This document shows positions 27,201 through 34,257 of a DNA stretch of 34,257 nt, one piece after another. Both the position numbers and the translations under genes were made by a program. The DNA is taken from the sequence record DRR378314_1769; one strand, given 5' to 3'. Numbering within the stretch: position 1 is the first letter of the stretch; every line of letters starts with the position of its first letter. The notes under the pieces were generated by a model. That model was not told the DNA's origin, ran no database searches, and saw only the letters and a list, made by a program, of their open reading frames with translations.

Positions 27201-29806
27201 AACCGTAATCTAAATACTACGTTTGGTGTAAAACCTAAAGATATTCTGTCTGTTTTTACGAGTTTCTGCTCTTCTACATTTCCTGGATTATTTACAACTT
27301 TTAACTCGTAAATTCTGTCTAAAATATTCTTCTCGTTTAATAAATTTAATAGCGATACTCCAAACTTCCCTTCTACTTTATGTTTTTTTGAAAAATAGAA
27401 TTTATAAGTAGATGAAAAGTCAAATTTTTGATAACTTGGCAAACGTTTTTCATTTACATTACCATATAATACTCTGAGGTTATTATTATTATCATTAAAA
27501 GTTCCTTTTGCTTCTGTATAAGGAATTCCTGAACGGAGTTTCCAACCTAAAGAAAATTCAAATTGTTTTAGTTTAAAAGTATGTGACCAAGTAAATGAAT
27601 GAGGAATAGCATCAATTCCATCAAACTTAGTTCCGTTATTTAACTCTTTAAACTGTTGTTTTGTATATGTAAAAGAATAACTAATCCAAGAACGATAATT
27701 TCCAAATCGTTTTTTTAACAATACATCAATTCCATCTATTGAGCTTTCTCCTGAGATATAAAAAGGGACTCTATTTGCTTGTGTATTATTTGCAATATCG
27801 TCAGTCATTAAGGTTAACCCTTTAATTTTCTTTTTATAAAAATCTACATCTAAGTTCCAACCATTTTTATAGTATAAAAACCCAATAGAAAACTGCTTAC
27901 TTTTTAAAATAGGAATATTTTGATTGGCAACAGCCCAAACATTATTTTCCAAACCAATTCCGTTATTTCTATATTCAATAACTTGACTTACTGCTTGGTT
28001 TTTTACTTCTCCAGAAGTTTTTAATGTAAATGAATCAGAAATTTTTGTTGACGCAAATAACCTTGGTTCAATAAACCAATTTTTAGCTGATGAAAATCGG
28101 TTTGCTCTTACACCAAGGCTTAAAAAAGAATTCTTGTTGTTATATTTTATTTCAGTAAAAAGAGCATGTGTTGTATTGTCGCTATTTTGGTCACTTAATA
28201 GAATATTATCTTGAGCATTAGGAACATTGTTATTAAAAAGGTAAAAAACCTTTGTTTTTGAATATTGATATCCACTAGCAAACTGTAGGTTGTTTTTTAA
28301 CTTGATTGAAAAATCGTAATTAACCCCTAGATCACTTACATGGTTTTTTACTTCAAAATCTCTATCGCTATTATCATTAGAGTTGTTTCTTATTACAGCT
28401 CTGTTTCCGAGGTAATCAAATTCATATTCTGATGTGTGAAAATCAATATTTTGTATAAATTTTGATTTGGTTTTGTAAGTCCAAAGAATTCTTGTTCCTT
28501 TATTTTGATATGTAATATCATCTAGACTTGTTTCTCTAAAACGTTGATTTTCTGAAGAGTAATTCAATTGATTTTTATTAAACAAATTACTTATAGATAG
28601 TTGATTTTTTTCTGAAATGTTAACGACAAACTTTAAATTATAATCTTTAAAATAGAAATCATTATTTACATTACTTAACCTATTAGAGTTATTAAGTGTT
28701 TCATCTAAAATACGTGTGTTTTGAAAAACACTTTCAGAGAAATTTTTATAGGTTATAGTTTCCACTAAGTCTGTAATAGATCTTCTAGCAGAAAACACAA
28801 ATCCCGCTTTATTATTAAATAAAGGAGTTTTAATAAAAGCATCGGCATGTGTTAAATTTACTCCAAACCCAGCTTCAAAATTAGGTACGTCTTCACCAGA
28901 ACTAATGTCTAATACTCCACCTATTCGATCTCCAAATTTTGCTTCTGTACCATTTCTAAATAAATTTATTTTTTTAGTTACATATGGATTAAAAGAAGAT
29001 ATCAGTCCAAAGAAGTGACCGCTTTGAAACATTTTAATTCCATCAAATAACACCAAATTTTGATCTGGAGAACTTCCTCTTATGTGCAAGCCTGCTGCAG
29101 TTTCAGAAGGGCTTTGAATTCCTGGCAATAACTGTAAACTTAATAATACATCTGGCTCAATTAATCCTGGTAAAATTCCTAATTTTTTAGGTGCTACTTC
29201 AATTGCTCCGTTTTGCTTTTTAGAAATTCCTTGAGTAATATAATCGCTTATTAATACTTCTTCTAGCTCTATGTTTTCTTCCTCAAGATTAATTACTAAA
29301 CAGCTGGAATTAAAAAACTTATATGCTTGAATTATTACAGAATTAAAACCAATACTTTGAATTTCAATGTTTTGATTTGAAGCAACATTTTGCAAAGTAA
29401 ACCTTCCGTTTTCATCTGCTGTTGTTCCACGTGAAGTGCCTTGGATAATAATAGAAGAGAATGCTGCTGGTTCTTTGGTTTTACTATGAATTAAGGTTCC
29501 GCAAATAGTGTGTTTAAATGTAACTTCTTTTTCTTTAATAATAATGTATCTATTATCTATAAGGTTAAACTCTAAGTTAGATTGTTTGCTTAAGTTTTGT
29601 AGTTTATCTTTTAATAAAATTTGGTTTGTAAACGGTGTACATAGTATATTTTTTATAAGCTTAGAACTAAAAGAAAACTTTACTTCATGCTTTTGTTCAA
29701 TCTCGTTTAAGATAGTTTTTAACGCTATTTTTTGAGGTTGGTTTTGAGAAAAAGCTACACCAAAAAAAAGAAATAATAGAATAAATAAAACTCTGTTTCG
29801 AATCAT
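27197..29806 (-). CDS. TonB-dependent receptor/transducer with an N-terminal signalling (STN-like) and a carboxypeptidase-regulatory-like domain
   Basis: LKTILNEIEQKHEVKFSF (STN-like), GTTADENGRF, EPDVL.SLQLLPGI, IRGSSPDQNLVLFDGI, C-terminal Phe; directly downstream of fecR. Confidence 0.88.
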   Translation of the reverse strand: MIRNRVLFILLFLFFGVAFSQNQPQKIALKTILNEIEQKHEVKFSFSSKLIKNILCTPFTNQILLKDKLQNLSKQSNLEFNLIDNRYIIIKEKEVTFKHTICGTLIHSKTKEPAAFSSIIIQGTSRGTTADENGRFTLQNVASNQNIEIQSIGFNSVIIQAYKFFNSSCLVINLEEENIELEEVLISDYITQGISKKQNGAIEVAPKKLGILPGLIEPDVLLSLQLLPGIQSPSETAAGLHIRGSSPDQNLVLFDGIKMFQSGHFFGLISSFNPYVTKKINLFRNGTEAKFGDRIGGVLDISSGEDVPNFEAGFGVNLTHADAFIKTPLFNNKAGFVFSARRSITDLVETITYKNFSESVFQNTRILDETLNNSNRLSNVNNDFYFKDYNLKFVVNISEKNQLSISNLFNKNQLNYSSENQRFRETSLDDITYQNKGTRILWTYKTKSKFIQNIDFHTSEYEFDYLGNRAVIRNNSNDNSDRDFEVKNHVSDLGVNYDFSIKLKNNLQFASGYQYSKTKVFYLFNNNVPNAQDNILLSDQNSDNTTHALFTEIKYNNKNSFLSLGVRANRFSSAKNWFIEPRLFASTKISDSFTLKTSGEVKNQAVSQVIEYRNNGIGLENNVWAVANQNIPILKSKQFSIGFLYYKNGWNLDVDFYKKKIKGLTLMTDDIANNTQANRVPFYISGESSIDGIDVLLKKRFGNYRSWISYSFTYTKQQFKELNNGTKFDGIDAIPHSFTWSHTFKLKQFEFSLGWKLRSGIPYTEAKGTFNDNNNNLRVLYGNVNEKRLPSYQKFDFSSTYKFYFSKKHKVEGKFGVSLLNLLNEKNILDRIYELKVVNNPGNVEEQKLVKTDRISLGFTPNVVFRLRF

Positions 29807-29808
29807 TC

Positions 29809-30717
29809 TTATTTTTTAGTAAGCACTACATTATCATTGGTTATTGAATAATCTATAGATAAAGGAACGCAAATAGTTTGTAGTGCTAAATTTAAGTTTT
29901 TATTGGTAAATGTTCCTGTAAACAATATATCATTATCTACATCCAACATTGATATTTTTATGTCATATTGTTTTTCTAACTCTTCTAATACAAACTTTAA
30001 AGGCGTATTATTAAAACTACTTTCACCATCTAACCAAGTAGGTTTTGTGTTTAAAAAGTTTCCTTTTTCTGAGACCTCTTTTTCAATTTTTCTAAAAGAA
30101 AGTCCTTGAGTTAAAATTATTTTTTCTTGCTTATTTTCAATTTGTACTTTTCCTTCATAACACAAAACTTCAAAATAAGTAAGACTTGTTTTTACATTAA
30201 ACTGAGTTCCTAATACACTAACTTTTCCATTATTAGAATTTACGCTAAATGTTGATCCTTTTTTTACTTTAAAATATCCTTCTCCATTTAATTGTAGTGT
30301 TCTATTGCCATTAAACCAATCGCTTTTTTTATAGCTCAAGGTAGATTTTGAGTTCAATAAAACTTCAGATCCATCAGGTAAAACTAAGGCTAATTGTTCT
30401 CCAAAAGAAGTAGAAAATGTTTCATTTGATCCAGTTAAATAATAAACCGTACTTAATAATAAAACAATAGATGCTGCAGCTGCATAGATCCAGTTAGGAA
30501 CTAACTTCCTTACTTTTTTATCCGTTGTTTTTAATTTAATTTTTTCAAGCAAAGTGTTTTTATCAAAACTTGGAGAATTAAAATTTCTCGAAGCTTCAAT
30601 AATTCTACTGTATTCTTTATACTCATTCGTTTTCTTAAAAGAAACCAATTCATCATTGGTTAAATCATTATTTAACCAACGTGATAAAAATGTTTCGTCT
30701 GTATGTTCGTTTTTCAT
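29809..30717 (-). CDS. FecR family anti-sigma factor
   Basis: Transmembrane YAAAASIVLLL, LPDGSEVLLN..S, L.GEGYFKV, VSVLGTQFNV, F.NTPL..VLEELE..Y. Confidence 0.93.
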   Translation of the reverse strand: MKNEHTDETFLSRWLNNDLTNDELVSFKKTNEYKEYSRIIEASRNFNSPSFDKNTLLEKIKLKTTDKKVRKLVPNWIYAAAASIVLLLSTVYYLTGSNETFSTSFGEQLALVLPDGSEVLLNSKSTLSYKKSDWFNGNRTLQLNGEGYFKVKKGSTFSVNSNNGKVSVLGTQFNVKTSLTYFEVLCYEGKVQIENKQEKIILTQGLSFRKIEKEVSEKGNFLNTKPTWLDGESSFNNTPLKFVLEELEKQYDIKISMLDVDNDILFTGTFTNKNLNLALQTICVPLSIDYSITNDNVVLTKK

Positions 30718-30735
30718 TTTTAGTTTCTTTGTAGT

Positions 30736-30764
30736 TATAACAGGTTCAAAACCAAATACCCTAC
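30736..30764 (-). promoter_or_regulatory. Putative ECF-sigma promoter upstream of fecR
   Basis: GTAGGGTATT-N11-CTGTTATA; the same motif and spacing recur upstream of the lipoprotein gene. Confidence 0.7.
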
Positions 30765-30777
30765 TTTTTATCTCCTT

Positions 30778-31287
30778 TTATATGTTTCCTACTTTTTCTC
30801 TTAATTGTTTTAAGGCTAAATGCATTCTCTTTTCAACAGCTTTTACAGAGATTGAAAGCATTTCTGCAATTTCCTTATATGTTTTCTTGTCGATTCTGTT
30901 TAATAAAAAAACTTCTCGTTGTCCTTCTTTTAAATCTGAAATGGCATTTTGAAGTTTGTCCATAAACTCTTTCTCTTCCATTATAAACTCAGGACTTTCG
31001 TTGGTAGATTCTTTTCCTCCTATTAATGTATAATTTAAAACTACCTTTTTATGAGCAACTTGATTTAAAAATAAATTATTGACAACAGTAAATAGAAAAG
31101 ATTTTGCTTTATTAAAAATAATTTTTGCACAATTATTCCACATTTTAATAAAAGCTTCTTGAACCAAATCTTCTGATTGAGCCCTGTTTCCTGATTTATA
31201 AAAAGCAAAATTATACAATGATTGAGAGTGATCTGAATACAGCTCTTCAAACACTTTAGACTCACAAACCGATTTTTTTTCTGACAT
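30778..31287 (-). CDS. ECF RNA polymerase sigma-70 factor
   Basis: EDLVQEAFIKMW (region 2), REVFLLNR..KTYKEIAEMLSISVKAVEKRM (region 4). Start moved to ATG 31287 because TTG 31308 lies within the promoter TATTTTTG. Confidence 0.93.
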   Translation of the reverse strand: MSEKKSVCESKVFEELYSDHSQSLYNFAFYKSGNRAQSEDLVQEAFIKMWNNCAKIIFNKAKSFLFTVVNNLFLNQVAHKKVVLNYTLIGGKESTNESPEFIMEEKEFMDKLQNAISDLKEGQREVFLLNRIDKKTYKEIAEMLSISVKAVEKRMHLALKQLREKVGNI

Positions 31288-31343
31288 GAAACCCTTATTA
31301 TTTCTCAAAAATAGGAGAATTTTTTATTTTATTTTATTTTTTG

Positions 31344-31372
31344 GTAGGGTATTCTTTTACATAGCTGTTTTA
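31344..31372 (+). promoter_or_regulatory. Putative ECF-sigma promoter upstream of the repeat lipoprotein
   Basis: GTAGGGTATT-N11-CTGTTTTA. Confidence 0.7.
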
Positions 31373-31398
31373 TTACTGAACATAAAAAATAAAAAGTC

Positions 31399-32397
31399 AT
31401 GAAACTATTTACAAAAAGATTAATTGCCCTAACAATAATTATAAGTTCTATGATCTCTTGTCAAGACTCTTCAACAGAAGAAGTAGAGATTTTTGAAGCA
31501 GAAACAGCACTAAATAAAGAAGACCTTACAAGCATGGTGGAATCGATGATTATTGACTATCCTTTAACTGCAGTAACAAATACATCTAGTACTACAACTA
31601 TTAATAATGATTTTGATTTAGAAGATTATGCTGCTGCCACAGAAAGACCACAAATAAATTTCCCTTTTGATATTACTGTTGATGGAGAAGTAATTACTAT
31701 TAATAATAAAAAAGAATTAAAAGAAGCAATAAAGAAAAATAAAGGAAGGAAAAAACCTGAATTTGTATATCCAATCTCTGTAGAATTGGAAGATGGAAGT
31801 AGTCAAGAATTAGCAGACAAAGATTCATTTAGAGATTATTTGGATTCTTTAGATGAAGGAGTAAAACCTGTATTTGTATTCCCTATATCTCTTACTGTGA
31901 ATGAGTCTACAATTGAGGTTTCTGATGAAAATGAATTAAGAGCTGTAATGGGAAAACCTGCTAAGGGAAGAAGACCTAATTTAGTGTTTCCTGTATCTGT
32001 AATTTTAGAAGATGGAACTACTTTAGATATAAATGATAAAGATGAGTTTAAGGCATACTTAGATACATTAGAAGATGGTGTAAAACCTGTTTTCGACTTT
32101 CCTATATCTATAGAAAAAAATGGAGAAACAATTACAGTAAATTCACAAGAAGAATTTGATTCTTTAGTAAAAAGACCTAAAAAAGGAAAAAGACCTGAAT
32201 TTGTATTTCCAATATCAGTAACATTATCTGACGGAACAACTCAAGAATTAGCAGATGAAGATGCACTTAAGACATATCATCAAACTTTAGATAAAGGAGT
32301 GAGACCAGAATATGTTTTCCCTTTATCAATAATTAAAGATGGAGTTACTGTAGAAATTAATAGTCAGGAAGAACTAGATACATTGTGTGGTAAATAA
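31399..32397 (+). CDS. Lipoprotein with eight ~35-38 aa (F/Y)P(I/L)S repeats, function unknown
   Basis: Lipobox MIS-C at residue 21 followed by acidic QDSSTEEVE; repeat consensus P.FV(F/Y)PIS...DG...I....EL. Confidence 0.85.
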   Translation: MKLFTKRLIALTIIISSMISCQDSSTEEVEIFEAETALNKEDLTSMVESMIIDYPLTAVTNTSSTTTINNDFDLEDYAAATERPQINFPFDITVDGEVITINNKKELKEAIKKNKGRKKPEFVYPISVELEDGSSQELADKDSFRDYLDSLDEGVKPVFVFPISLTVNESTIEVSDENELRAVMGKPAKGRRPNLVFPVSVILEDGTTLDINDKDEFKAYLDTLEDGVKPVFDFPISIEKNGETITVNSQEEFDSLVKRPKKGKRPEFVFPISVTLSDGTTQELADEDALKTYHQTLDKGVRPEYVFPLSIIKDGVTVEINSQEELDTLCGK

Positions 32398-32450
32398 AAA
32401 AATTAGGAAAAAGAAAGTACAACATTATAAGTTGGTTTGGTTATTTTGAT

Positions 32451-32491
32451 AAGATGCGAGTTAAATATTTACAACTCGCATCTTTCTTTTT
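32451..32491 (+). terminator. Intrinsic terminator of the lipoprotein gene
   Basis: AAGATGCGAGTT-loop-AACTCGCATCTT followed by TCTTTTT. Confidence 0.85.
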
Positions 32492-32518
32492 ACTAATTTT
32501 GCTCAATAACTTTATACT

Positions 32519-32914
32519 ATGGACATTCTTACAAACTACCCAACCGAATTATTAATATTATTGTTTTTAATCGTTACTTTCTTACAATCTGGATTTGATA
32601 AAATTACTGATTGGAGTGGTAATCTTTCATTTATTAAAGGCCACTTTTCTAACTCGCCTTTAAAAAATATGGTTCCATTATTATTAGCGATAATATTAAT
32701 TATAGAAATTATTGCTAGTATATTTATGACATACGGAATTTATGAACTTACTACTGGTGTAAAAACTTTTGCGTTAGTTGGTGTTGAATTAGCTGCTCTA
32801 ACCTTAATCTTATTATTAATTGGTCAAAGACTAGCAAAGGATTATGCAGGAGCAATGACACTTGCAGTATATTTTGCAACTACCATATTTGGTGTATATC
32901 TATTAAGTAAATAG
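32519..32914 (+). CDS. DoxX-like small membrane protein
   Basis: FLQSGFDK..DW.GN...K.HF, four hydrophobic segments, GQRLAKDY.GA; -7 element TAATTTTG at 32494-32501. Confidence 0.75.
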   Translation: MDILTNYPTELLILLFLIVTFLQSGFDKITDWSGNLSFIKGHFSNSPLKNMVPLLLAIILIIEIIASIFMTYGIYELTTGVKTFALVGVELAALTLILLLIGQRLAKDYAGAMTLAVYFATTIFGVYLLSK

Positions 32915-33069
32915 AAACTATGTGTTTTATTTATTAAAAATTAAATAACCTATAATAAATATTTATAAAAGAAGTTTAAAATAAAGCGTTTTAAGCTTGT
33001 TTTTATTTTTTATAATGTAATTCAACATTAAGAGTTTATAAAGTCTTTCTTGGCTTAAATAAGAGCTGT

Positions 33070-33924
33070 TTATTGCTTTTTTATAATATAAATTAAAGAA
33101 GAATACTCTGTAGTAGATCTTGCTTTCAAATTTGAAAGAAGTCCTATGTAAAAAGCTTTAAAAAAATTAGTTTTTCCATTTTTATATTTTTCGCTTAACA
33201 TAGAAACATAATAAGAATCAAATTTCATTGGAATTACTTTTTCAACCTTCATAAAAAACTTTCCAAAAATCATTTCAATTGACTTTTGAGAAAAATGCCA
33301 AAGGTGTCTTGGAACATCAAAAGCTGCCCAATGCTCTTTATAATAGTTTGCATCATAACTTTTAAAGTTAGGAACCGCTACAATAATAATACCGTTTGGT
33401 TGTAATTTGTTTTTTAATGCTTGAATATATTCATACAAGTTTTCTACATGTTCTAAAACATGCCATAAAGTAATCACATCAAAATCATCTTCCTTTAATG
33501 AAGATAAACTATCTACAACATTAACATTTTTATCTAACGATATTTTTCTAGCATCTAACCCTGGTTCAACACCAAATGATTTCCAATGATTATTTTTACA
33601 GATAGATAAAAAATCACCTGTTCCAGAACCAACATCTAATATTTTTTTTTCAGAAAAATGAAATGAATTTATTAAAGATAACTTCTTTCTTAGTGTAAAC
33701 TTTCTCACACCTTGATATACTTTGTCAAAAAAACTTTTTTTAGAATCTGTATGTGAGATATAATCTTCACTTTTATAATAATTCTCTAAATCTGTAGGCA
33801 CAGGTAAAGTGACAATCATATTATATTTATGATTCATTAAAAGCTCGTAAGATTCATTTGAAACAGTGTAATCTACACAGTTCATTAGTGGATCTAGGTT
33901 TTTATAAAGATCTTTTTCAATCAT
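33070..33924 (-). CDS. Class I SAM-dependent methyltransferase
   Basis: ILDVGSGTGDFL, FDVITLWHVLEH, AVPN, DVPRHLWHF. Confidence 0.92.
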   Translation of the reverse strand: MIEKDLYKNLDPLMNCVDYTVSNESYELLMNHKYNMIVTLPVPTDLENYYKSEDYISHTDSKKSFFDKVYQGVRKFTLRKKLSLINSFHFSEKKILDVGSGTGDFLSICKNNHWKSFGVEPGLDARKISLDKNVNVVDSLSSLKEDDFDVITLWHVLEHVENLYEYIQALKNKLQPNGIIIVAVPNFKSYDANYYKEHWAAFDVPRHLWHFSQKSIEMIFGKFFMKVEKVIPMKFDSYYVSMLSEKYKNGKTNFFKAFYIGLLSNLKARSTTEYSSLIYIIKKQ

Positions 33925-33947
33925 CTTTTTATAGCACTTTTATTAAT

Positions 33948-33963
33948 TGTTCCACATGGAACC
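33948..33963. other. parS-like centromere site
   Basis: TGTTCCACATGGAACC, 14/16 match to TGTTCCACGTGGAACA; intergenic, directly after mnmG. Confidence 0.7.
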
Positions 33964-33970
33964 ATTTATA

Positions 33971-34257
33971 TTACCTTCCCATATAAACTAATAAAACCGA
34001 AATATCACTTGGTGAAACTCCGCTTATTCTACTTGCTTGCGAAATAGAGGTAGGTTTGATATTAGTTAGTTTTTCTCTTGCTTCAAATGAAAGTGATTTT
34101 ACTTTAGTATAATCAAAACTTTGTGGTATTGAAACATTTTCAAGTCTATTTAATTTATCAGCATTGTTTCGTTCTTTTTCAATATATCCAGAATATTTTA
34201 AATGAATTTCTACTTGTTCAATAATCTCTTCATCTATTGAATTATTTATTACAAAAT
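33971..34257 (-). CDS. mnmG: tRNA uridine-5-carboxymethylaminomethyl modification enzyme MnmG (GidA), 3' end only
   Basis: Manual translation ...EQVEIHLKYSGYIEKE...SLSFEAREKL...PTSISQASRISGVSPSDISVLLVYMGR*. Confidence 0.95.
   Translation of the reverse strand, partial: FVINNSIDEEIIEQVEIHLKYSGYIEKERNNADKLNRLENVSIPQSFDYTKVKSLSFEAREKLTNIKPTSISQASRISGVSPSDISVLLVYMGR

Noticed and set aside
29423-29438. TGTTCCACGTGAAGTG, a parS-like sequence inside the TonB receptor gene
   Set aside because: The right arm is broken (13/16) and it encodes a plausible conserved peptide (TSRGTT); at most a weak site
29508-31265. Track ORFs 29508-29735, 29903-30109, 30554-30952 (+) and 31065-31265 (-)
   Set aside because: Shadows or alternate frames of the TBDR, fecR and sigma genes
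31740-32390. Recurrent AACCTG/GACCTG..TTTCC DNA motifs spaced about 110 bp apart as a possible CRISPR-like or nucleotide repeat array
   Set aside because: They vary at synonymous positions and lie in one open frame, so they are protein-level repeats of the lipoprotein; no cas genes are present
1-34257. tRNA, rRNA, transposase, integrase, prophage or defence genes
   Set aside because: None recognised; intergenic gaps are short and lack cloverleaf-like or terminal inverted-repeat signatures

Overview
AT-rich window of a Bacteroidota (Flavobacteriaceae-like) chromosome. The assignment rests on many TAnnTTTG -7 promoter elements, a PorZ-like T9SS gene and typical gene neighbourhoods. It is probably origin-proximal, since it holds the 3' end of mnmG and a parS-like palindrome. 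Most of it is housekeeping: rnpA, S41 protease, glutaryl-CoA dehydrogenase, tesB, recO, trpS, pgk, holB. Accessory parts are (i) the start of a nonulosonic-acid (possibly KDN) surface-glycan locus at the left edge; (ii) a pentein/amino-acid permease/Rieske oxygenase trio next to glutaryl-CoA dehydrogenase, a candidate pathway for N-methylated basic amino acids; (iii) two small ORFs missing from the ORF track between gcdH and a Crp/Fnr regulator, namely a 58-aa seven-cysteine protein behind a Fur-like box and a 43-aa membrane peptide behind an FNR-like box; (iv) an SdpI-family gene with a stop at codon 4; (v) a candidate ~105-nt sRNA with its own promoter and terminator; and (vi) an ECF sigma/FecR/TonB-receptor module divergent from an 8-repeat lipoprotein, with a shared promoter motif GTAGGGTATT-N11-CTGTTnTA. 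No rRNA, tRNA, CRISPR array or mobile element was seen. All calls come from reading motifs by eye; no database searches were run.
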